A stretch of 64,000 nt of DNA from Macrostomum lignano (lineage: Eukaryota). Each line of letters opens with the position of its first letter. The stretch's first letter is position 1. A program made the position numbers and the translations under genes. Positions 40,259 through 49,547 of the stretch are shown here, piece after piece. Below the pieces are notes generated by a model that had not been told where the DNA came from, did no database searches, and saw only the letters and a list, made by a program, of their open reading frames with translations. Location: NCBI GenBank assembly GCA_002269645.1, contig NIVC01001275.1, forward strand, positions 124,001-188,000, in the 5' to 3' direction.

Positions 40259-40645
40259 CAGGCCCAGGGGTCCTGACTGCTCGGCCGGTCTTCGCTCGTC
40301 GCCGCGAGTCGTCGCTGGTCGTCGCCCTGAGCAACGCGCGCTGTCAACTGCGTTGAGCTCGAGCTTACGCTCTGCCAAGATAGCTCCGCTGCGTGTGCCA
40401 AGCCACGCCAGGTTACGCTGTGCGCTGATTGTTTGTAGGGACTATTGCCTGACAGTTAGTCTGGGTGGTTTGCGTGATAGGACTCTCCCCTATTATAGGC
40501 TTTTTGCGGTTTGCCCCTGTCAGGCACGTATTTTGTTAGTAGGACGCAATCTCCTCGTCTCTCTCGCGTCATCAACCTCAATTCGTTTTCTCTGGAGCCT
40601 TATTTTCGTTCACGCTTGATTCATTTGTCTCATCAACCTTACACA

Positions 40646-43600
40646 ATGTCCGACAACGGGGACAACCATGCCGCAGCGTCATTGGCTGACGGAGATGCCG
40701 CCGTGCCAGATCAGGACGCAGTCGATGCCGGCGAGCAGCCAGCAGGCGCAGCTGCTGCCGCCGCGCCAGCTCCTAGTGAGCAACTCTTGTTGACTCAAAC
40801 CTTAGCCTCTCTTCACCGGATGCTCGAAGAGCGTCTCGCTGTTTCCTCGCCATTAGCGCCAAATTCCTCGCCGCCTGCGAAGCCAGACATACGCCTTCGC
40901 CCTCCAATCGCTTATCAGCCGAAGATGAACTTTGATACGTGGGAAGCTCAGCTTACTTCGTATCTAGCCACTTGCCGCGTTCCTGAGGACCAGAAGTCCG
41001 CCATTCTCGTATCTTTGCTGTCAGCCGAATGCCAAGAGGTATATCTTAATTACCGGTGTGACCAGTTGCCTTTCGAATCTGCGCTTCGGCTGCTCAGGGA
41101 AAGGTACACCGATGCCAAGAAGAAGGACAAGGCCTACGTAGAATTAGTTGCTGCCGCCCAATCTCATAATGAGCAGATGTCTGATTTCTTCGACAGACTG
41201 GTCTCCTATTCTAGACTAGCGGGTCTCTCGCTCGCTGAAGCGAAGCCCCTACTCAAGGCCAGATTCTGCCATGGGCTGAGGGATAAGGACCTCGCCGAAA
41301 AGCTCCTCTTATGGGATCAGGAAACCGACAGTGCCACCTCTGCAGAAGAGCTGATGCAGAAGGCCAAAGATCTTGTCGGGGTCCGCCAGCTTCTGAACGT
41401 GCCTTCTACTATAGCCAAGGTTCGTGCCATAGAACCTGACGCTGAGAAGAAAGCGTTAGAACAGAGGGTCGCTGAGCTTGAGAAGATGGTGACCGACCAA
41501 GCCAATAGATTAAGCCAGACCACTCCGCCTGTCACTACCAATCAGGGGCCCGCTCGCACAGAGCCCACTGGGGGCCCACCACAAGTTAGCCAAACCTATA
41601 GACAACCTAGGCCAGCTCCTCGCCCTCCGCGGGCTTGCCATCGATGCGGCCAGACCGATCACCTGATCGCTGACTGTCCATCGCCCTCGCCGAGGCCACA
41701 GTCGCCAAAGCAGCCCCGGGGGAGCCAAAATCAGCAGCCCAGCCGTGGAAAAGTCACGACTGAACTAGGAACCATTGCCACATGGTCTCAGAATTACGGG
41801 TTCATCCAATCTGAGCACCTGCCAGAGAAATTGTTCGTTCACATTAGCCAACTGTCTCCCAGCCTGCGTAGCCTAGTCGAGCAGCACCGCCTTAGGGGGA
41901 CTAGGGTGAAATTCCAGCGCCAGGTCGACCCCGGGCGCCAGCACGACAAGGCCTGTAATGTGCAACCTCAGCCAGGGGACAGTGATCCACAATGCCGACA
42001 AGGGGGGTACACAGCTGACACCTTTGAGTCTAGCTATTTCGTGCAGCTAGGAGTAGGAGACTCTAAAGTTCTGGCCTGTCTAGACTCAGGCGCCAATGCC
42101 AGCATCATGGGTGCTGACGTGAAAGCCAAACTGGTCGCAGCTGACCCCGTCAATAACATATTCACGCCTAGTGCCAATAAGCAGCGTGCCACCGCCTTCG
42201 GCGGCTCTCAGGTAGACATCCTAGGGTCGCTACGCTGCGAAATCAACTTAGGTAATACGACTAAACAACATGTATTCCTAGTCACTGCTTACTGTACCAC
42301 GGAAGCCCTGTTAGGCATGGATTTCCTGCGCAGCTTCGAGATGCTGCTAGACTTCAACTCTGGCCGAGCTTTAGTAGCAGGGGTGTCGGTACCAGTCATT
42401 GAGGGGGACAAGGGGATTTTCCAACTCAGACGAGTGATGGCCGCCGGCACCGTAGAATTGCCCCCGCACTCGGAAACCTTGATCCCCAGTCGTGTCCTCG
42501 ACTCTTCGCCGTACACCTCCGGTATAGTCATGTCCCGGATCCTCGGACCAGAGACCGAACAGTTGGTAGCCAAGACTCTAGACTCAGTTAGCGATACTAA
42601 CCACATACTAGTGCGCGTGCTCAACAGTGGGGAACAGCCTATTCAGATAACTAGGGGGCAAGAAATTGCCTCATTCCAGGAATTAGATAGTCATGAGGTC
42701 ATAGCTCAGACGACCCTGAAGGAGTCTGACTTTAGCCTGGACAATGTAGCTAACCTCACCAGCCAACTCAGTAAGCTGCCGCCGCCTAGTAGGGAGTTAG
42801 CCAAATGGCTGACAACGCAGTTCCAACTAGACCAAGCCAAATTGTCTAGGGGCCAACTCGCCACCGTTTTGAAACTGCTCAACTACTTCAATAGCCAAAT
42901 TTCTAGATCAAACGCAGATTTAGGCCACACCAATTTACACGAGATGGGCATAGAGTTAATAGATCCTAAGGCCAAGCCTGTTGCGCAACCATACAGGCGC
43001 ACCACGCCAGCACAAAAAGAATTCTTAGACCAGAACATAGCGCAGATGCTCGAACAGGGGGTCATTGAGGAGTGTGACTCTGACTGGGTGTCGCCTATCG
43101 TTCTGGTCAAGAAGAAGGACGGCACTCAACGCCTTTGCATAGACTATAGGGCCGTCAATAAGCTCATCAAGCCGTGTAGCTTCCCTCTGCCACTCATAGA
43201 AGAATCTTTTGACAGCCTTGCCGGGGCCACTGTATTCTCTAGCCTTGACCTGACCTCCGCGTACTGGCAGGTAGGGATCAAAGAGGAGGCTAGAGATTAC
43301 ACCGCCTTTGCCTGCCCCCAAGGCACCTTCCGCTGGAAGGTAGTACCATTCGGGATCAAGACGGCACCTGCCAATTTCGCGAAACTGATGCACAAGGTGT
43401 TTAGACCTCTCCTGATGAAGGTCAGCCTCATCTATTTAGACGACATTATCATTAAGGCTGTCAACAACGACCAAATGATCGCGCATCTCGCGCTGGTCCT
43501 CTGGCAGCTTAGAAAAGCCGGTCTCAAAATTAAGCCGTCTAAGTGTGAGCTGTTTAAGGACAAGGTCGCATTCCTGGGGTTCGTTGTGTCTAGCCGGGGC

Positions 43601-46600
43601 ATTGAGGCTGACCCAGCGAAGACTCAGGCTGTCCAAGACTGGCCTAAACCGCTTTCTAAGAAACAGCTTCTATCATTCTTGGGATTTGCGAATTATTACC
43701 GGAAATTCGTGCCGCGATTCTCAATCATCGCCACGCCTTTGTATGCCTTAGCCAAAAAGGATGCTCCGTTTCTATGGCAACCGCATCATGAACGGGCTTT
43801 CCAAGAACTCAAACATAGCCTCTGTTCACCACCGATTCTGGCGTATCCAGACCTCTCTGCCAAAGGGCGCGAATTTATTTTGGACTGCGATAGCTCGCTT
43901 GACGGCACTGGGGGTGTGCTGTACCAGCTCGGGCCAGATGGCCAAGAGCAAGTTATAGCTTACGCATCCAAAAAATTCAACAGTAGCCAGAGAAACTACT
44001 GCGCCACCATGAGGGAGTTGCTAGGGCTCGTTCTGATGCTCGAGCATTTCCGTCCTTATCTATTAGACAAGCCTTTCACTGTCCGGGTGGACGCGGCCGC
44101 GCTCAAATGGCTGCATTCTAAGAAGCATGCCACTGGTATGCTGGCCCAATGGCTTGCCACCATTGAACTGTACCCGCTGAAGGTCCAGCAGTCCACTCTA
44201 GAACGAATAGCCGAATACGATTTCACAGTCCAGTACCGTCCAGGCGTTGACCACGTGCCTGCTGACGCTCTTAGTAGACTGCCAAAATTCAGAGCCGATC
44301 ACTTTGACTGCCCGACGTGCAGCCAGATTCCGGAATTTAAAGGGAAATTCCTGGACCAAGACCCAAAGCACCGGCGTACGCCCCCCTCTAGAGAACTGCG
44401 TCAGGTGTGCGTCCAGACCATAGGCATTAGCGTAGCGTGTCAGACTGACACAGATGCCCCGGCTGAACCAACGCCGAATGTCCGCGCTACTGCTAGCGGT
44501 GCTGTTCCTAGCCCAGAGACTGAATCCCGTCAACCTGAAACCGAATCCCAAGTGCCACCTGAGCTCATCTGGGCCCAGAATGCCCAGGACTCCTGTGTTG
44601 ACATGGCGCGCCTAATCGCCAGTGTCCAGTGTAAGACTGAGCCATTGTCCAAGGCCGAACTGCAGGGTTGTAGCCGGGAAATGCGCTCACTCTGGGCTCA
44701 ATTCAATGACCTTGAAGTAGTCGAGGGTCTATTGTACTTAGCCAAATCCTCCAAAGCCAAGACTGCCAACAGGCGCCTGGTGGTGCCTGAGACCGCAGAC
44801 GTCGGTCATCTGGTCCTTCAGTATCATGGCCAGTTGAACCATTGCGGTATCACCAAGACGATGGCCGCCCTGAAGGCGCGCTTCGTTATTTCCGACTTAG
44901 ATACTATAGTCAAGGGGGTCCTGGCCGAATGCACCGTTTGCGCTAAGACTAAGAAGTCAAAGCGTAAGCTCAAGGCCCCTATGCAACCAGAACTGTCCGG
45001 CTACCCGAACCAGGTTGTCCACGTGGACCACGCAGGCCCGTTCGAAGAGTGTGACGGGTACAAGTACCTGCTGGTTATGATCGACAGGTTCACCGGGTTT
45101 GTTGAAGTAGTCCCTGTTCCCGACGTCAGCGCAGAGACCACTGCCACAACCATCCTGACTGAATGGGTTGCCAGGTATGGGGTGATGGAGCAGCTGGTGT
45201 CTGATAACGGAACTGCCTTCATCAATAGTACCATGATAGAATTAACTAGGCTCCTACAGATTGACATGGGTCGGATCACAGCCCGTCGCCCTCAGGCTAA
45301 CGGTAAAGCTGAGAGGATGATCCAGACGGTGAAAGCCCAGATTAGAGCCATCTGTCTTGAGAGACAATGCGACTGGCCCCTTGCCAGCCGCCTGGCCGCC
45401 CTGTCAATCCGTGCCACAGTCGCCGAATCCACCGGATTTACTCCAGCCAAACTTTTCTTCGGGCGTGAGTTCGAACTACCGCTCGACCTCTGTCACAATC
45501 CACCGCCAAATGAACACTACCAGCCGGAGAGGTACGCCCACCAGTTGCACCGCACGCTAGTCGAAACCTCTGCCCTAGCCCGCCGCACTAGGGGTAAAGC
45601 CCAGGAGAGGCAGAAAAGGTATTACGACCGCCGCGCCCTCCGCGCTGAGTTCCACGAGGGAGAGTTAGTCTGGGTCTTGAACCCGAACCACAAGGGCATA
45701 GAACCCGCTGTGTGGTTGGGGCCATACCGAGTAGTGCAGCGCTGCTCCGAGCGGACTTACCGTTTAGTCCCCGAGTATGGTCTCCTAAACCCAGCAGATC
45801 GGGTGCCAAATCCGCGCCATAACATTTACAACATTGACCGCCTCAAACCGTGCATCAGACAGCCCACTTACCAAGACGTAGTTGACCGGTATGGTGAGGC
45901 CACCCATGCCAGGTCTCCAGCGCCTAGTGTGAACCCGCCCAGCGGACCCGCGAGCGAGCTTAGCCTCGTCACCATTCCCCAGCCTTCCTCTGCCCGGCCA
46001 GAGAGCCCACGCAGAGCGCCAGGGCCAAATCCACCACCGCCAGCTTCAGGCGCCTTTGAGGAGGGGGCGGGAGCTGAAGCGGGAGAAGGCCAACCATTCG
46101 CCGAAGCTGGCGATGCTGTAGTTATTGAGGGACAGCCACAACCAGACACTGACACTGACAGCACAGACACTGACACCAGCCACAGCCAAGACAGCTCAGA
46201 GTCGCTGTACACGGCTTCCTTGGGGGACCCTTCCTCCGAGCAATTAGAACCACCTGAGATTGCTGCGAATCCAGTCGCTGCGCAAGCAGCTGAGCCACCA
46301 GCCCCGGCTGACGTACCCAGATCCAGGTACGGACGCCCCATCCGCCCGCCTGTCAGGTACCGGACCTGTCAAGTGTCCGACCTGCTCCAGCAGTGGGGAA
46401 GCAGACATAACCGCCAGTTTTTCACGCCCCGGGCAAGGCGTAAAACTACCTCCTGTGGCACCTGTCAGCCACAGGTCTCTGCGGCACCTGTAGACCGCAA
46501 GTTCACGCCCCGGGCAAGGCGTAAAACTACCTCCTGTGGCACCTGTCAGCCACAGGTCTCTGCGGCACCTGTAGACCGCAAGTTCACGCCCCGGGCAAGG

Positions 46601-46687
46601 CGTAAAACTACCTCCTGTGGCACCTGTCAGCCACAGGTCTCTGCGGCACCTGTAGACCGCAAGCTCACGCCCCGGGCAAGGCGTTAA
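40646..46687 (+). CDS. Single-ORF Gag-Pol polyprotein, 2013 aa: Gag, CCHC knuckle, cold-shock domain, aspartic protease, RT, RNase H, integrase
   Basis: First ATG 40646. CHRCGQTDHLIADC; NYGFI...LFVHIS; LDSGA; LCIDYRAVN and YLDDII; CDSS...YASKK...RELLG; H-H-C-C, VHVD, SDNG, AER; WLGPYRV. No stop or frameshift. Confidence 0.96.
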   Translation: MSDNGDNHAAASLADGDAAVPDQDAVDAGEQPAGAAAAAAPAPSEQLLLTQTLASLHRMLEERLAVSSPLAPNSSPPAKPDIRLRPPIAYQPKMNFDTWEAQLTSYLATCRVPEDQKSAILVSLLSAECQEVYLNYRCDQLPFESALRLLRERYTDAKKKDKAYVELVAAAQSHNEQMSDFFDRLVSYSRLAGLSLAEAKPLLKARFCHGLRDKDLAEKLLLWDQETDSATSAEELMQKAKDLVGVRQLLNVPSTIAKVRAIEPDAEKKALEQRVAELEKMVTDQANRLSQTTPPVTTNQGPARTEPTGGPPQVSQTYRQPRPAPRPPRACHRCGQTDHLIADCPSPSPRPQSPKQPRGSQNQQPSRGKVTTELGTIATWSQNYGFIQSEHLPEKLFVHISQLSPSLRSLVEQHRLRGTRVKFQRQVDPGRQHDKACNVQPQPGDSDPQCRQGGYTADTFESSYFVQLGVGDSKVLACLDSGANASIMGADVKAKLVAADPVNNIFTPSANKQRATAFGGSQVDILGSLRCEINLGNTTKQHVFLVTAYCTTEALLGMDFLRSFEMLLDFNSGRALVAGVSVPVIEGDKGIFQLRRVMAAGTVELPPHSETLIPSRVLDSSPYTSGIVMSRILGPETEQLVAKTLDSVSDTNHILVRVLNSGEQPIQITRGQEIASFQELDSHEVIAQTTLKESDFSLDNVANLTSQLSKLPPPSRELAKWLTTQFQLDQAKLSRGQLATVLKLLNYFNSQISRSNADLGHTNLHEMGIELIDPKAKPVAQPYRRTTPAQKEFLDQNIAQMLEQGVIEECDSDWVSPIVLVKKKDGTQRLCIDYRAVNKLIKPCSFPLPLIEESFDSLAGATVFSSLDLTSAYWQVGIKEEARDYTAFACPQGTFRWKVVPFGIKTAPANFAKLMHKVFRPLLMKVSLIYLDDIIIKAVNNDQMIAHLALVLWQLRKAGLKIKPSKCELFKDKVAFLGFVVSSRGIEADPAKTQAVQDWPKPLSKKQLLSFLGFANYYRKFVPRFSIIATPLYALAKKDAPFLWQPHHERAFQELKHSLCSPPILAYPDLSAKGREFILDCDSSLDGTGGVLYQLGPDGQEQVIAYASKKFNSSQRNYCATMRELLGLVLMLEHFRPYLLDKPFTVRVDAAALKWLHSKKHATGMLAQWLATIELYPLKVQQSTLERIAEYDFTVQYRPGVDHVPADALSRLPKFRADHFDCPTCSQIPEFKGKFLDQDPKHRRTPPSRELRQVCVQTIGISVACQTDTDAPAEPTPNVRATASGAVPSPETESRQPETESQVPPELIWAQNAQDSCVDMARLIASVQCKTEPLSKAELQGCSREMRSLWAQFNDLEVVEGLLYLAKSSKAKTANRRLVVPETADVGHLVLQYHGQLNHCGITKTMAALKARFVISDLDTIVKGVLAECTVCAKTKKSKRKLKAPMQPELSGYPNQVVHVDHAGPFEECDGYKYLLVMIDRFTGFVEVVPVPDVSAETTATTILTEWVARYGVMEQLVSDNGTAFINSTMIELTRLLQIDMGRITARRPQANGKAERMIQTVKAQIRAICLERQCDWPLASRLAALSIRATVAESTGFTPAKLFFGREFELPLDLCHNPPPNEHYQPERYAHQLHRTLVETSALARRTRGKAQERQKRYYDRRALRAEFHEGELVWVLNPNHKGIEPAVWLGPYRVVQRCSERTYRLVPEYGLLNPADRVPNPRHNIYNIDRLKPCIRQPTYQDVVDRYGEATHARSPAPSVNPPSGPASELSLVTIPQPSSARPESPRRAPGPNPPPPASGAFEEGAGAEAGEGQPFAEAGDAVVIEGQPQPDTDTDSTDTDTSHSQDSSESLYTASLGDPSSEQLEPPEIAANPVAAQAAEPPAPADVPRSRYGRPIRPPVRYRTCQVSDLLQQWGSRHNRQFFTPRARRKTTSCGTCQPQVSAAPVDRKFTPRARRKTTSCGTCQPQVSAAPVDRKFTPRARRKTTSCGTCQPQVSAAPVDRKLTPRARR

Positions 46688-46740
46688 ACTACCTCCTGTG
46701 GCACCTGTTGGTCACAGGTCCCTGCGGCATCTGCCAGCCG
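46421..46740 (+). repeat. 81-bp tandem repeat x3.9 spanning the polyprotein C-terminus
   Basis: Unit encodes FTPRARRKTTSCGTCQPQVSAAPVDRK; the stop codon lies in copy 4. Confidence 0.93.
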
Positions 46741-47006
46741 CAAGCCACAAAACACAAGCCACAGCTGTTACTCACTGCCAGATACTAGTGTGCACAACTT
46801 CCACAGCTGTACCAGCCAACAGCCAACCACCGTAGTCAAGGGGATAAACTGCAGCGACATTGCAATTTGATAATTTATATAGCTAACTAAAATAAATAAA
46901 ATAAAAATAAAACACTAGCAGAATTAGCATAATATGCCGACAGTATAAATACTATATTGTTCTAACGCAAGAATATATATAATATCGCAGCACCCAACTC
47001 CGACTG

Positions 47007-47393
47007 CACCTGGTCGGCGTTGCCGTAGTCTATAGAATACACTACGGCGCTAGAAACAAATAGTAGATAAGACATTAGCCTTAGCTCAAATATTCAAAAG
47101 TAAACTAAACAATTAATGCATAAATATGGCATAAAATAATGCATATATTGGTCGAAAAATGATTACGAGATGAATACTATAAATATAATAGTTGTCAAAA
47201 TATTCTGTAGACGTCCTCTGCCTGCATCGGCGTTGCCATTATCGATAAAATACACTAGGGCACGTATAAACATTATAGCAATGGCAAAAATGATTAAAAT
47301 AATTGATAGCAATGGCACCCGTTCGGTGTTGCCAAAGTCGATGAAATGAATAAGTGCGTCATCTCTGACGCTAATAGTAATACCCCGAAACCA
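47007..47393 (-). pseudogene. Three Tudor-domain-like fragments, antisense to the Gypsy element
   Basis: WFRGITISVRDDALIHFIDFGNTERVPL (47310-47393), RALVYFIDNGNAD (47226-47264), AVVYSIDYGNADQV (47007-47048). Confidence 0.62.
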
Positions 47394-47714
47394 TGTAATG
47401 TGCAATATACGGTTAGTAATTAAAGCATAACTGCTGGCGACTAGTGAAACGCATAAATAACTCAAAAAGGAAAATAAAAACTGAAAAAACAACCATTGAA
47501 AACTCGAGAAAAATATTCTGCCTATAAGAATATAGCTAGCTTAGTTCGCTGCTCAGCCCATTGACGAGTGCAGCATCGCTTTCGCTGTTGTCGGAAATGA
47601 GCTGTAGCTCGTCATTAAATTTCGCAAATTTCATAATGTAGCTAGATATATATAATTCTTGTGGGGTAAAAGCAAGCACTACACACACACACCGCACCGC
47701 ACGCACGCTCTCTC

Positions 47715-48050
47715 TGCCTTTGGCGCGTAGCGCCGTCCTCCGCCTGGCGCGTAGCGCCATCCTCTGCCTTGGCGCGTAGCGCCATTCTCTGCCTTGGCGC
47801 GTGGCGCCGTCCCCTGCCGTGGCGCCCTGTCGCCGTTTCCTGCCTTGGCGCGTGGCGCCGTTTCCCGCCTTGGCGCGCTGCGCCGTTCTCCGCCTGGCGC
47901 GCCGCGCCGTTCTCCTGCCTTGGCGCGCTGCGCCGTTTCCTGCCTTGGCGCGCTGCGCCGTTCTTTGCCTTGGCGCGCTGCGCCGTGTCTCCGCCTTGGG
48001 CGCTCTTGCGCCGGTTTCTCCCTTCCGCCTTGGCGCGCCGCGCCGTGTCC
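47715..48050. repeat. GC-rich degenerate repeat of about 24-26 bp (gccttggcgcgctgcgccgtt) in the Gypsy 3' region
   Basis: Direct reading. Confidence 0.88.
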
Positions 48051-48537
48051 CGCCGCCCTTGACGCTTGGCGTCGTTTGCCCGCAGTTGTCCGGACTGTGC
48101 CTCTGTTCCGTGCCTCTGCTCTGCATCCTTTGCCTCATCCACCTTGTCATCCTTGTTCTGTGTTTGCCTCATCCATCGTATCACTTCTGCGCGTCCTTTG
48201 TCGTTTTTGTGTTCGCGCGCGCCGCGCGCTCCGTCGTGCACTACTTTCCGTAACCATTGTTGTATTCTGTAATGTTTTTGTAACACCACCATGTTGTATT
48301 GCTCGTGCTCACCGTGTTCTACTGCCCTGTAATGTTTTGCTCTCGTAATAGTCTGTAGCCTTTGGAACTTTGTAATTTTGTCCGGTAATCATATGCTCAT
48401 ACAAACTGACTCAACCCCACTGTAATTCACTCTGCTATAATTTCATAAACTGCGGTCACGTTGTGTTTTTCTTGCCGTCACCCCGCGTGTTGGTTTTCTT
48501 TTTGCGCGACCCTATCCTTTTTCGGAAGGGAGGCGGG

Positions 48538-49364
48538 TGTGACGTTGTCAGTTTAAGGTGGTCCCGAAAAGGGCCGTTGGACTGCTGTTCTCCATAGTCA
48601 TTCAACCCTTCAGTTTCACCGTTTCAACTAAACTTTTCCATTCGTTTATTGCGACGTTTACTTGTAGTAGTGCCCAACGATTTTGTGGCAATTTCTAATT
48701 CACTGTATATTTTGCTATCCTCTCTCGCGACCGTATAAAATTGGCACGATCGATAATTTTAAGTTCTCTCGCCAGCCAATGAAATCACTCGTGCTCGCGC
48801 TACCCCCCTCTGCGCTCTTTTATTAAACCCCCCGCCTGGCGGCGGGCACCCCTCACGCTTTTTCGTCTCTCCCCGCCTGTTCCTTGTTTCCTTCCCTGCG
48901 GCCTCTTAGCTGTCTTATCTGTTTGTCTGGCTGCCTCGAGCCTCCTTATTTCTCACCACGGCCCTTCTGTCTGGGCCAGCCTGCTCACACACTTACTTGA
49001 CTGTTTCACGCCACGACCGACGCCTACTCACCACTACGTTTCACTGCCTTCACGGTGCTCATAGCCACTGCTCACGTCACGTCGCCATTGTGTCATTCGC
49101 CTGCCACTTGACTTCATATCCAAATTATATTCAACCCATTGCTGCAGCCGCCAGTGCCCAGAAAGCTATAGTCTGTTTATTGCCAGTAACAACCAACTTA
49201 ATACTGATATTAACAATAAAGACAACTACGGCAGTTCCTGCCTTTATCGCCAAGTGCTCCGCTACAAAATCCGCTTTACAAGAATTGACTTCAACTTATT
49301 TTGGGACTAAAACGGCCCTTTTAAGGGTCACCGCATAGCTGGCCGCTACGCCAATAACGTGACA
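48538..49364 (+). repeat. 3' LTR (827 bp)
   Basis: Preceded by the PPT and followed by TSD ATTT. Confidence 0.97.
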
Positions 49365-49547
49365 ATTTAGTCAATGTATGGCAAAAAAGATTGACACAAA
49401 AAAACTTGCGGCGCGAAAAAAAATCGTAGGCGCGAAAAAAATGGGCACTCCTCACTCCCACCACTGTCTGGGATTAAAAGTCGAGCACGCTAGTTCGTGA
49501 ATACAAGTCGAATTTGGGTTAAATTAGTATTGTAAATTTGATGAACT

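Larger units (their letters stand above)
39050..49364 (+). mobile_element. Full-length Ty3/Gypsy LTR retrotransposon, 10315 bp
   Basis: LTRs 39050-39874 and 48538-49364 (TG...CA), TSD ATTT, PBS 39881-39897, PPT ggaagggaggcggg just before the 3' LTR, domain order PR-RT-RH-INT. Confidence 0.98.
37928..49466. mobile_element. Non-autonomous TIR DNA transposon (about 1.2 kb, hAT-like) interrupted by the Gypsy insertion
   Basis: AGTGGTGGGAGTGAG (37929-37943) is the exact inverse of CTCACTCCCACCACT (49451-49465); gcgcga subterminal repeats at both ends. No direct TSD found. Confidence 0.75.

Noticed and set aside
40511-40645. N-terminal 45 aa of the 2058-aa track ORF
   Set aside because: Begins at TTG; the first ATG is at 40646.
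47536-48348. Env-like or accessory ORFs of 150-216 aa in the Gypsy 3' region
   Set aside because: They derive from a GC-rich degenerate repeat; no signal peptide, furin site and TM arrangement.
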